Of a stretch of 64,000 nt of DNA, positions 51,346 through 63,783 are shown one piece after another. Made by a program: the position numbers and the translations under genes. The notes beneath the pieces are model-generated. The model saw only the letters and a list, made by a program, of their open reading frames with translations. It searched no databases and had not been told where the DNA came from. Origin of the DNA: Macrostomum lignano (lineage: Eukaryota); assembly GCA_002269645.1 (NCBI GenBank), contig NIVC01002028.1, positions 147,269 to 211,268 on the forward strand. Direction: 5' to 3'. Within the stretch, counting starts at the first letter, position 1, and each line of letters begins with the position of its first letter.

Positions 51346-51664
51346 CAGTTCTGTTTTAGAAGGCGTTTTTTGTCCAAATTTACATTAAACACAGTCCTTT
51401 AATGGCTGCCAACTTCATTTAATTTAGGATAAATTCTGTTACAATGCTATTAAAAAATATCACTGCCTCGCGATTTCACTGTCCATGACAATCGTACACA
51501 GCTTTTCCAGCGTGCCGAGTCTACCGGCCTCTAGTGGTCCTTGGGCTCAACCTTTGAGGCAGATACATCCGCAAATACAAGCAAGGGTTCTAGCGTCTTC
51601 CGAACAAATTTCGCGTCAAGGCAGCACTCTGAAAAATTAAAACTCGTGACCGTAGAAGTATCAG

Positions 51665-51761
51665 ATTAAACATGCCTTTTGAGGGAGTTATTTGTATAAA
51701 TCACGAGGGCCTGAGGCCCGAGGGATTTATGAAAATAACTCCCGAAAAAGGCATGTGTAAT
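51665..51761. other. 97-bp imperfect palindrome (long hairpin)
   Basis: Arms ACATGCCTTTT-GA-GGGAGTTATTT-GT-ATAAATC-ACGA-GGGCCT are mirrored around G51713. Confidence 0.9.
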
Positions 51762-52611
51762 CTCGTATAAACCATAGACTTATAGACGTATAGACTTTAC
51801 GGGATATTATTGAATATTACCAAATAAAATCCCGGAGAATGCAAATATTGTCACGGAAAATAATGACATAAATAATGACATTTCTGCCTCGCCTGACCGT
51901 TTATTCTGTAGGGTCAATATATGACACTGAATATGAATATTACATTGCGATACATTTAAGTGGTTATTAGAAAAGTTTAGCTTCAGTGTACATAGTAAAT
52001 CGTTTAAATATATCGTCTTTAAATAATAGCATGGATATATTTGAAGGTAAAAAATTAGCTCTTGTGCTTGTGCTTGTGCTCTTAGTTTTGTGCTTAAAAG
52101 TGGTATAAAATGGAAACAGCGCAAGTCAACTCAATTTTTCGACAATTCATCGCAACGAAAAACAAGATACGCTGGATCATTTTAAACAAATTACAATGAA
52201 AATCTGGTGAAAAATTAAGTTATGTCGTGGTCTAAAAGGGTGCCTAATTCTAGCAAAAATGAGCATACCTAAGTTCATATTGGAACTTGAAATCCTAACA
52301 TATTCGAAAAACCAGCAGTGGAACAGTTGGCAACCTAAACGGCAACCAGCTGGCATATCAGGGCATGCTTTGAACTTTTGATTGAAAAAAAAACACAATT
52401 TAAGCAAATTAGAAGCCTAGATGCTTCACAGAGAAAGTAGTTGTGCAAAAATTTTAATTTCGATCCGGTCACTTATGCTTATTGGAAATTTGGCAGCCTC
52501 ATTTTCGTCAATAACTTTGCAAAAGCAGATCACAATAAGTTCACTTCGTAAGTTTTTTCATCAAACTAAAACTGCAACTTCTAAACTGGAGAGCCTCATT
52601 ATCTTCATTCT

Positions 52612-55343
52612 TCACGGCTTCAACGAGTAGGAGTTGGAGTTTCTCGGAAAAATCGGCTCCACTTTTGAGCGCACAATGGCAGCAATGATTTTGAGCAGCA
52701 GGCCCAGGCCGATGATGCTCAGCAGTAGCAGCAGAAGAATGTCAGGAATTATCCAACCGTTAAACTTGTTGTAAATGGCGGTCGCGCTGGCCCAGGCGAT
52801 GGCCATGTGCGGAGTGAACACGAAGCGCAGCACCCGGTCCAAGGTGGTCAGCTCCATCACCACGTAGGCAGCAACAATTGAGTTCAGCAGGCCTAGACAG
52901 ATGAAACTGCAGGTTTCGCTAGTCAGGGTGCTCAGGTAGTTCAGAGAGATGTCCAGATTGAGGAACGAGGCGAAGACGGCCCAGCCGGCGTACAAACCGA
53001 CGCCGTTCTGCACGAAGATTACGGTGAGCCAGTAAGCGGACTGGCGTAGGGCCAGCTGCCTCTTGCCTACGTACAGCCAGTAGTAGGACGAGGACAGAGC
53101 GGCAGCCAAGCTAACAGCCAAGGCAAACAGTACGCAAGTCTGTTGTTTTGGTGCCATGTGGGTGAGCGATCGTGATTTGTTAGCATAAAGGCCTGAACGG
53201 AACATCAACCCATCCTGATCTAACACTATTTAATCCCACAGCTATGCCTGAAAGATTCTTTTAACAGCAATCCTGTGCTAATAAACCTGCAAAGCACCCA
53301 CCCCACTCCCCGACACATGTCTATATCAAACCCGCAAAACACCCACCCCACTCCGTGATACATGTATATATCAAACCAGCAAAACACCACCCCACTACCT
53401 GATACTTGTATAAATCAACCAGAAAAACACTCACCCCACTACCTGATACTTGTATAAATCAAACCAGCAAAACACCCACCCCACTCCTTGATACATGTAT
53501 ATATCAAACCAGCAAAACACTCACCCCACTCCCTGATACATGTATAAATCAAACCAGCAAAACACCCACCCCACTCCCTGATACATGTATAAATCAAACC
53601 AGCAAAACACCCACCCCACTACCTGATACATGTATAAATCAACCAGAAAAACACTCACCCCACTCCCTGATACATGTATATATCAAACCAGCAAAACACT
53701 CACCCCACTCCCTGATACATGTATAAATCAAACCAGCAAAACACCCACCCCACTCCTTGATACATGTATATATCAAACCAGCAAAACACTCACCCCACTC
53801 CTGATACATGTATAAATCAAACCAGCAAAACACCCACCCCACTACCTGATACATGTATAAATCAACCAGAAAAACACTCACCCCACTCCCTGATACATGT
53901 ATAAATCAAACCAGCAAAACACCCACCCCACTCCTTGATACATGTATATATCAAACCAGCAAAACACTCACCCCACTCCCTGATACATGTATAAATCAAA
54001 CCAGCAAAACACCCACCCCACTCCTTGATACATGTATATATCAAACCAGCAAAACACTCACCCCACTCCCTGATACATGTATAAATCAAACCAGCAAAAC
54101 ACCCACCCCACTCCCTGATACATGTATAAATCAAACCAGCAAAACACCCACCCCACTCCCTGATACATGTATAAATCAAACCAGCAAAACACCCACCACA
54201 CTCCCTGATACATGTATAAATCAAACCAGCAAAACACCCACCACACTCCCTGATACATGTATATATCAAACCAGCAAAACACCCACCACACTCCCTGATA
54301 CATGTATATATCAAACCAGCAAAACATTCACCTTATTGTTGTCTGTTCTGACCACAGATACTAGAATAAATAGATGGGCCGCTCAGAAATATATGCTTCG
54401 TAAAACAGCTTTCTACTTTCAGTTCAATAGCAAAGAAGAAAACGGAAGCTGTTTTATATAAATAAAGGCAATGGAATGAGTTGAATTTTAGAAGCTTAAG
54501 GTCAGGCTTAAACAACTTGCTAATTGGTTCAGCAATAATGTACATTAGCCAGTCCATTGAAATGTACCTGGTAGCTTTTATGCTGGAATCCTAAGAAAGG
54601 AAATAAAAACTGGGTCCGGGCGGGGGTAGTGTGGAAAGGGGTGGATTGGAGGGTTTAAGCTGAGGGTAAGAGTCAATAAATGAATCTTGGCTTTATAAAT
54701 ACATCAAAATGCTTCTGTTTAGCTTACTACTGAACTGAAACTAGTTTACACGAAAATGTGCTGAGTGGCCCATCTAGTTATTCTAGTATCTGTGGTTCTG
54801 ACAAACCAACAAAACACACACCCCACTCCCTTGTCCTGAAAAGCCTGCAGAAGACAACCTCCAGCTTTAAAAAGTTGGTATCAACCGCGCCACTGGGCTA
54901 CTCACCTGTGGTATCAGCAGATAGTTATACCGATCCACCCGGTCGGCCAAGAAGATCCAAGCCATGTTGAACAGGCTGGCGATGAAGTGCCAGAATAAGA
55001 GGCCGGCCGGGGCCAGATCCGGGTCGTTGCACAGGAAGCCGCGGCCGCTAGGCGCTCGTCGACAGAGCGTTGTCCAGCAGTGGGCGATCACGACCAGCTG
55101 ATAGGCATAGATCGCGATCCAGGCGGTGAAGGCCCAACCGACTGGCGTGAAACTGCTGTTAGTAAACGCGCCTCGTTCGCTCCAAGAACGAATTCCACTC
55201 GTGTTACCGGACTCGAACAGGCCGATTTTTTGACCTATCTCAAGACCGTTTCCGTTGCTCAGATAGCTGGTTGCTATGCTAAACACCAGGGCGATGCTTG
55301 AGCACAGCAGTAGGATGCACTTTCCAACTCGCACCGAGCACAT
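52612..55343 (-). CDS. Multipass membrane protein, TspO-like / tryptophan-rich sensory protein-related, 2 exons, about 321 aa
   Basis: Exon 1 55343-54906 (donor CAG|GTGAGT). Exon 2 most likely 53139-52612 (CTAAC then CAACAG acceptor); an alternative in-frame acceptor would start it at 53214. Motifs FTPVGWAFTAWIAIY and LYAGWAVFASFLN, with many hydrophobic helices. Family assignment is from motif recall. Confidence 0.75.
53285..54331 (+). repeat. 45-bp intronic minisatellite, about 23 copies
   Basis: Unit ACATGTATAAATCAAACCAGCAAAACACCCACCCCACTCCCTGAT. Confidence 0.97.
54353..54794. mobile_element. 442-bp MITE with 34-bp TIRs and an 8-bp TSD (hAT/P-type signature)
   Basis: TIR CACAGATACTAGAATAAATAGATGGGCCGCTCAG, 2 mismatches between arms; TSD GTTCTGAC at 54345-54352 and 54795-54802. 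Confidence 0.88.
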
Positions 55344-57443
55344 TGTGTCTGGAGACAGTCAATTGAATGCGTTCTGCGTTCTTGAGTATGGATCAAAATC
55401 TGCATCAAAATCTGTCGTGAAAAAGGATAACTACAGCGTGTCTGGATTAGCCGAATAAAATTACATGTAGGTTTCTATTTAATTGATTGGTTACTACAGA
55501 AGCAGTCGTCCATTTAAATCTTTGTTTTTCAATATCAGCAAAAATAGACAGCATATTTTCAACCTGTGTGCGTACGAACTAAAAGCTGAAAGTGCAGAAT
55601 TTGTTGTTTTCGACATCACAGCCCAATTGAATGCTCTTATAGCTTTACAGAGCTGTTTTCAGATTTTCTCTCTGTACAAGCTATTCATCATCTCGGCTTT
55701 TGTGAGCACGAATTAAGGAAAGCTCAAAGCGAAGATTAGACAAAAATTCGTGGCTAGATTACACCATAATTTATTTAGCGATCCGGGAGGCTGCCGCATT
55801 GCATTTTCCTTCTATATGCGAGCAGGGGCTTTTAGAGGGATAAGCTTTCCCTATTTGATTCGTTCCCTCCATTACTTTCAGATCTCTCCCTTAATCTTTG
55901 CTTAATTTAAACCCACGTGAAGGCTCACTCACTTTCACAAGCTTTCACAACATTTCCGGAAGCGAAAATGTTTTTGCTTTTTAGACGAGATTGAGCTCAA
56001 TGGAACTTCGTCTTTAGTAGCGCTCACACTGATACCCCACAGGCCCGAGAAACTAACAGTCACCTTTCCCCTTCAATCTTAATTTATTGTTAACTTGCCT
56101 TTTCAACAAAAGCTAGTTTTCACTAAGATCCTTTATTCTTATTGGCAGGGACAGAACTTTTAAGAGTAGAAAGTTCGCACTCCTTAATGGAGAAGGTAAA
56201 TAGACATTTTAAATCAAATTTACACGTACAAGTAGCGATCAGTTGATTTCCATATTGCTTACCAAATAGCAAAGCTTTCTTGCAATCTTGCCAAATTTGC
56301 TTCTGCAAGCGCTGTCTGTCTGTCTGTCTGGTCTGCTGCTGTTTCAATTCGTTCTCTCGTGTTAGTTTTCCTTCTCTTGTCAGTATTTTCATGAATTTTA
56401 AGGCCACAACCACGCCCTGAGATGTGTAGGCTTGACACAGCCCTGCGCTGTCTCGGTGCAACTCGGAGTTGAATGCGTGGCTGAGGTAGAGAGATGGGAC
56501 TCCAGTGCTTGGTCGGTATGTGCTGAATGAGAAGCCTTTGGCTGTGTATCTGCCTCTGCCTGTCTGCCTGTCCGTCCGTCCCTCTATTTCATAGCAAAAA
56601 AACCGAAAGATATTCTTTCTTCGGCAAAATGGAAGTGTGCCTCACCGCCCCCGCTCCCTCGGAGCGCAGGTCGTCAAGAACCCACCCAAATGCAAAAAAA
56701 ACAAATCTTTTTCGATGCGCTTTAGGTCGAGAAATGCAGAGCCTGCCTAACAAGCAGCTCTCCACCGTGCGCGCTGTTCAATATTAGTGGCTTTCTGCAC
56801 TCTCGCACTCGCTTTTCGGCTACAAAACTGCTTAAACACTGTAATGCCTTTGGAAGAAATAATTGATCGACAAAAGGCCCAGCATATTTCCATGGCTAAT
56901 GATTGCGCTTGAGCATTTCTCACGGTGCAGTTTTTAAAGCCTGCTCAGAATAATTTTGATCTTCACTTAGAAAACTTTCTAAAATTTGGCTTGGGGGGCG
57001 CTTTAAAAAACCCGAAATATCACAACGTCTAAATACACTGGAGAGACGGGGAGACTATTCGGTGTTGTGAAATTTCGGGTTTTCATCTTTCGACATTGAG
57101 AAATTTCGAGTTTGTGAAACGACCCCAACTGGGAGTAATTTAAAATTTTCTTTAACAAATTCAAGAGGCATATTTTTTTGAAGATTCTAAAAACTCCTTT
57201 GTTAATTATACAATCCTATTCGAGAAATCTTAAATACCTTATGGGTATTTTGTTGTACTTTTTATTTGCAACTCAGTTGTCATAAATTGTCATAAAGTTG
57301 TCATAAATTACCATAGACTAATTTCCTTTTACAGTTCTTTCTCGCAGTTAAGTTTCTCGCCCCAAGCCTTCTCGTCGTTAACTCATAAAATATATTGCAA
57401 TTCAAATCTAAGTTAAGTTGTAGTTTCACTACAAATTGGTCCG

Positions 57444-58412
57444 GTGAGGCGGCGAAAGATATTACTCGCATACTCAATACTCACAGAAGACAAATCCAAT
57501 GACGGACAGTGCAAGCAACAATTCCGCTCCTACACCACCTACAACCACGCAAGCCGCACCAAGTTCGGCCGCACCAAGTTTCCAGTGGTTACACATGCAG
57601 TAGGAAACGCCGCCGACACCGCTTCAGTCTCCCTGGCCCACCTGAAGCTGCCAATCTTCTATCGCAACAACCCGGAAGCATGGTTCCTCACGCTGGAGGC
57701 CCAGTTTATGCTCAACAGGGTGACCAACGAGACCGCCAAATTTTACCACCTAGTCTCTCATCTACCGGAGGATATCGCGGCTCTGCACTTGTCCGCTCAG
57801 ACTCCAAAACAGTACGAACAACTGAAAACAGCGATTACATCGACTCTGCAAAAGTCCAAGCAGGAGAAGGTTTCGGAAGTATTGCAAGTCTCGGACCTCG
57901 GAGGAGACAAGCCATCAATCTTCATGCGCAAACTCCGGAGCAAGATGGAGCAGTGCCAGATACAGCCCGACGAGGAACTCCTCAAGGCCACTCTGATGCG
58001 CTGTCTTCCACAGGACCTTCGTATCGCACTGTCGGGATTCCAACAGCAGTCATCCCAGTAAATTTCCGAGATTGCTGACTCGATGTTGGTCGTCAGAGGC
58101 CTTAGCTCTCCATCGCCAGCGACAGTTTGCCCAATTCAGCAGGCCGGTGCAGATCGGACACCCCAACAGCGCTTTGAGCAAGCTCCATACCGACAAGCAC
58201 CTGGTAAGCCCACTGGAACAGACCCATCTAAGCCTGGCCAACGCCCCGTCGTTTGCCGCTCACACCTCTACTATGGCCACCGTGCTCGGTCGTGTCGCCC
58301 CTGGTGCCAGTTTCCCAAGGACAGCTCGCGTCCGATCCGAGTGCTGCATCCCAATGAAAAAACGCCATCTCAGTCGCGTTCATCATCACCTTCTCGACAG
58401 CCGGAAAACTAA
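57444..58412 (+). pseudogene. gag: gag of the CsRn1-like element, with one in-frame stop
   Basis: LKLPIFYRNNPEAWF...QF...TKFYHLV-type N-terminus, LGGDKPS, TAA at 58059-58061, CRSHLYYGHRARSCRPWC. The start codon is uncertain. Confidence 0.8.
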
Positions 58413-60340
58413 ACTAAACGCACTTCGGCGCTTCCTCGGTGTCGTCGGTTTCTACCGTCGATTCGTTCCCAACTTTGCCGACCGCATCTGTCCGCTGCAA
58501 GACCTACTCACTGCATCACTACAGTCAGCAGGAAACTTCCAATGGACAGAGCAGCATCAGAAATCTTTCGAAAACATCAAACAAGCTCTCTCAGAGAGAC
58601 TACTGCTGCATCATCCGGACCCCAACTGTACTGCGTACCACCTGTACACTGATGCCTCAGCCGACTGTGTTGGTGCCGTTCTGCATCAAACCTCTTCAAC
58701 GGAACGTCACCTCTTGGCATGTTCAGCAAAAAGTTGTCGTCATCTCAAAGGACGTACAGCACGTTCGACCGAGAACTACTCGCGGCGTACCTGGCAGTGT
58801 TGCACTTCCGCAACCTCATTGAAGGACTGAGCGTGACCTTGTTCACCGATCATAAACCACTAGCTCAGGCCTTCCACGCCAATCGCACCACTACGTCAGA
58901 TCGCAATCAGCGCTACTTGACCGTCTTGTCCGAGTACGTGGCAGATGTCCAGTACATTCGCGGTGCAGACAACGTAATAGCTGATGCCCTTTCTCGACTG
59001 CCTGACTTCCCAGTCAATGATCACGTGTCCAACATCGCAACAGTCGCTGTAGTCGCTGCCCCATCAAGCCAATTCCCTGTTGATCTGCCCAGTATCGCTG
59101 AAGCACAACGACCGGAGTCGTTCTCACCTGCACCAAATATTCGATCGTATTCTCTGGACAAAGACGTCGTCGTTTGGTGTGAGACGTCAACGCCGTATCC
59201 TCGCCCGATCATTCCGCCGTCTCTCCGCGACGCCGTAATTGCCTCCTTCCATCGACTTGGTCATTTCAGCTACCGTAAAACAGCAAAACTCATCACAGAA
59301 CGTTACTTTTGGCCCGGAATGCGCAAGTCCATCAAGACCTCCTGCTGGAACTGCCAGGACTGCCAACGGAGTAAAGTCACTCGCTACACTGTCTCCCCGC
59401 AACAGGCCTTCGCATTACCATCAAATCGCATTGAGGCGGTACACATCGATATTGTGGGACCACTTCCACCAGCTAATGCTACCACCTTTGGCCACCAGTC
59501 TGCCCGCTACCTTCTCACGATGGTCGACCGCTCGACTGGCTGGCTAGAAGCTACACCACTGGAATCAATAACCGCGGAAGTAGTCGCCCATGCATTCGTC
59601 TCGTCTTGGGTCTCGCGCTACGGAGTGCCACTGTATGTAATCACTGATCGGGGGCGCCAGTTCGAATCAGAATTCTTTCACTCGTCTCGTCATCAATTGG
59701 TTTTCATCGATTACGCACAACGGCCTACCACCCTCAAACCAATGGCAAGGTCGAGCGAGCCCATCGCACCCTGAAGACGATGCTACGTGCCGAGGCAATG
59801 ACTGGCTGACAGACCTACCTGTGGCTCTCCTCGCGATGCACGTCGCACCTGACGACCAAGGAATATCACCGTTCACCAGGGTTACCGGCGAGCTTCCGAT
59901 GGTTCGCGCATTCTAACTTCTGAACCACTCGCCCCAACGGACATTCGGACACGGCTGCAGGAACTGCTGACAGAGTTACCGAGTCCACACGCGAAGACGC
60001 ACGAACCACGGAGCTACGTGTACCCAAGGACCTGGAAATGGCTGAATTCGTCTGGGTTCGGGTCGATCGCGTGCGGTCGCCGCTCGAGGCGCCGTACTCA
60101 GGGCCGTATCGCGTGAAACAGCGAACTGACAAGTTCTTCGTTATTTTCCTACCGTCAGGCAACACCGAATCTGTCTCTATCGATCGCCTCAAGCCGGCGC
60201 GACTTTCGCTTCCGAAGTCGGCTGTTCAGCCGCCCGCGAACTCGCTGCCGGAAAAAGCCGCCAAACCAGAAGAACCGAGGGACTCATCACCTCCTAGAGC
60301 GACCTCTAGCGGCCGCCGAGTCCAATTCCAATATAATGAT
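58400..60340 (+). pseudogene. pol: Truncated pol: RT thumb, RNase H and integrase; no protease or RT palm detected
   Basis: LRRFLGVVGFYRRF, LYTDAS, DRELLA, TDHKPL, H-H-C-C Zn finger, HIDIVGP, TDRGRQFES, NGKVER, APYSGPY; several frameshifts. Confidence 0.88.
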
Positions 60341-61749
60341 TACATTTTTATTAACCTTGTAATGTATAACGTCTACTGACTGCTGTTCCAATGTTCTCAA
60401 TATTTCTCAATGTTCAACCCCTCATATAAAATTTAGCTCGTATTTCAACTGTATAACCGCTTCGTTTCAATAATTTAAGCCATTCCACCATTTTATAATT
60501 CAGTTACAGTCTCTTTTCCCCGTGCTCCGCAATTGGAGGGGGGAGTCGTATGGGTAATTTTGTTGTACTTTTTATTTGCAACTCAGTTTGTCATAAATTA
60601 CCATAGACTAATTTCCTTTTACAGTTCTTTCTCGCAGTTAAGTTTCTCGCCCCAAGCCTTCTCGTCGTTAACTCATAAAATATATTGCAATTCAAATCTA
60701 AGTCAAGTTGTAGTTTCACTACAACCTTTTCAGAGCCTGACGCATCAGCTGACTGCGTAAGCCTGCGCATACTCGAGGATGCTTTCACCCGGCTTTAGCT
60801 ATATCAGTGCATTTTCAAATTCATATGACTGAGCGAGGCAATACAGCCCCACGCCAGTGATGGCACACTTGAATTTTAAGGTCTGTGAATCAGGTTTTTT
60901 GCTTGATTTTTTCGTCTAATTAAAGGTGAGCCAGATGTCTCAAATGACATCAATAGGCTTCATAAATCCTTCAATCCAAGGTTACATTTCGGATTAAAAA
61001 ACACCTTGCCTTGTGCATTCGGAGTTGATGACATATCTTACGCGTATATGAGCAATGCATAGAGCGATAAATCAAAGTAAAAATTTGTGCAAAGGCTACG
61101 TCACTGCTAATCAATAGTCAAACTAGAAATCACACTAAAAGCTAAAAAAAGAACTTTCAACATGCCGGTGACAACACGAAGGCAACTGAGTTTTGCAATT
61201 AGCGGGAGTAAAATAGGTAATCTAGGCTATAGTCGGGCTAGTGAGTCCAATGAATTTGTTATGCAGAGGCTGTCAGTAGATAAATATTTACAACTGGTTT
61301 GTTTGAAGGATCGGAAAAATTTTGGTTTGGAAAGATGATTATGATTACTGTGTTGCTAAAGATGATAACAGGTGCGTTGACAGGTGCTAATGTAATAAAC
61401 AACAAAAACAGAAACTTGATTAGGTCGTAAATGCGGCCACAATTAATTACAATTAGAGATAATTTTGCAAATAATTATAGGGCAGGAGACAAAAACAATA
61501 AGGTAAAGTAGCTCACATGAGCTTGTAGAGTCGCCACCACAAGTAGGGGGCTCAATAAGTTAATTCGTTGAAGAAAATTTCAAGGAGGCGTACGACGTAA
61601 AATAGACATATTTTATAATTTTTATAGAAATTTTATAGAAATTCAGAAGAGTACCAAAGAGACTTGAATGAAAACAATGATAATTTCAACACCCTCAAAC
61701 ATTGTATTTCACGGTCTAAACGCCAGTAGTTCGACTAATTCTTCAGCAT

Positions 61750-62854
61750 TCAACCAAAACGATCGTCGGCCCGAATGAGTCGATGCATTTCAATGGCTTC
61801 GTTGTTGGCACCGGCGTCTCCGTCGCAGAGCTGCCGATCGCATCGGCGATGGGACGGGGCGCGCCTCTGTTGCTGGAAGCACCAACTGCTACCCACCGAT
61901 CGGCTGTACCGGACAAGCAGGAAGAAGTTCAGGCAGGAGTCAATGGGCTGAAAGACGCCGCCCAGTTTGTAAAGTGTTCCAGCAGGCTCAGCGTGTTCGA
62001 GTTGAGGCCAGGACCGCTTAGCCCATGCAGCACGTAGCCCGCAGTGATCACGTAGCATAGAGCGAAAGGAAACTCAAGCAGAACGAATCCGCCCGCCATT
62101 AGTAGGACCATCTTGCTGGCCCGCTTGCTACTTCTGTGATAGGCGAAGCGAACCCGCAGGCTGTACGCGATGCGACCGGTAAGCACCAGGATACTCAAGC
62201 CCGGGAAAAGCACGCCGAAACAGGCGAAGCTCAGGTAGCGCCGCAATTCCTCTCGCACCGCCGCAAACTCGGCCGAAGTAAAATTTCCCACTATAAAGTC
62301 GCCGTTCTCGCGATCGTCGACGACGCTGTTGCTGAGATTGACGCCGCCAAGCACTGCAGTGGCAAGCATCGACAGACTAACAAGCACGGCAATCTGAGTG
62401 CGGGTTCCAGCTGCCGCCACAGCGATCGATGGACGAAGGAGCGCAGCGGCGCGGTAGAGCGTCATACACAGCAGCCAATGGTTGCGCACCGTCTGTACAC
62501 CGTGCAGTAAGAGGCCAGCGCGAGGTGACAACAAGCGCTGGCAGAGAAGATAGCCAGCCAGGAGGCAGTTCAGCGCCACTTCCAGTCCAGTGAGGGCTGG
62601 CACTCCGCAAGCTCGCTCTCGGAGAGTGGTAGGCAACGGTGTACTGCAGTCATGCTGGTTACACCGCCTTCTAAGTCCTTTGCCGGCGGTGAGCAATGCA
62701 GCCAGAGCAGCTGCGTTCATGCCGCATGCCAGACAACTCAAACCAAGTGTAATACTAAAGGCGGCCACCTCTGCTGGTCCGCGCCTGCTCCACCGGCCGC
62801 GCCGTCAGTAAAGTTTTTGCTGTCGCTGACAGTCTTGCCGCGAATTTGATCCAT
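61750..62854 (-). pseudogene. Intronless rhodopsin-type (class A) GPCR interrupted by two apparent 1-bp deletions (pseudogene or assembly error)
   Basis: ATG at 62854 with an NFT sequon, TM1 ...CGMN, TM3-end CMTLYRAAALLRP, TM6 FVLLEFP, and TM7 IDSCLNFFLL in a shifted frame. 1105 nt plus 2 gives 369 codons. Confidence 0.75.
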
Positions 62855-63241
62855 TTGCGTCTTTAAGCCGTTGTTTTAGCTAGCTATACTATCTCCCAAA
62901 ATGTTTTGACTGCTATAGTCCTACATAGACATGGCATGTTATCCCCTTTATCCAAAAAAGTAACAGGAGTGAGGGCACAGGTAAGCCTGAGAACAGTCTA
63001 TCCCATAGCAGCCAATCGTCGACCGTGTCTGAAAACTGTTGGATAAGAAAAAAGTGCTCCAGGACGAACTTAGACTGCTATAGTTTTTCAGACGCGCCAT
63101 CAGCAATCAGTACTGCACATACTAACTATATTTTCACTAAACTTGAAGAAACTTTCTCAACAATGCTTTAGCACAGGGCTCGGCAAACTTTTTTTACCTC
63201 AATTGCCAGATAAAAGAATCTAGATCATTGTTACGGGCTGG

Positions 63242-63465
63242 ATGAGATGAAAGAGGAAGTGAGAGGGAACGGGGAGAGAGAAGAAAAAGAGATGAGATCG
63301 AATCGATTAGAGAAGAGAAGAGAGAAGAGAAGAGAAGAAAGGATAGAAGAGGAGAAAGACAGAAGAGAAGAGAGGAGTGAAGAAACGAGAGGAGATGAGG
63401 GTTGAGAGGAGAGTGAAGAGGAGACAAAGGAGAGGAGAAGGGAGAGAGGATGGGACTTAGAAGAG
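63242..63465 (+). repeat. GA-rich low-complexity tract
   Basis: Purine-dominated composition. Confidence 0.85.
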
Positions 63466-63783
63466 AGCCCGTGGGCCGTATAGTTCGACCCCTTCGTCTC
63501 GAGGAGCTCGCTCCCTGGCCAAGATAACTAGACAGAAGGATGACAGTCAATGAAAGAGATTGTATGATATAAAAAGTGGGTAGACTTTGTTTGGGACTTG
63601 GGAGAAAAAGGGAGCCTGAACTTTCAAACGTGAAACGTGACTTAGCTACATATTTGAAAATTTAGGGACAATAATTAAATCCGACGAGAAATTGTTTCTT
63701 GAGGAATTAAGCTTCTTTTCATTTGATATACACATGTTTTCTACGAAAATTTGACATTCAAAGAGTCAACTGTGCAATACCAT

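Larger units (their letters stand above)
57240..60723 (+). mobile_element. Internally deleted Ty3/Gypsy element, CsRn1-like (3.5 kb)
   Basis: LTRs 57240-57433 and 60549-60723; TSD ACCT on both flanks; TGG-starting PBS-like site at 57437; PPT GGAGGGGGGAG at 60535-60545; Gag motif C-x2-H-x9-C-x3-C. Confidence 0.9.

Noticed and set aside
53406-54461. Repetitive ORFs (TPLPDTCINQTSK...) and similar ones at 6452-6823, 42796-43159, 44958-45308 and 48675-49136
   Set aside because: They are translations of minisatellites or microsatellites whose units lack stops.
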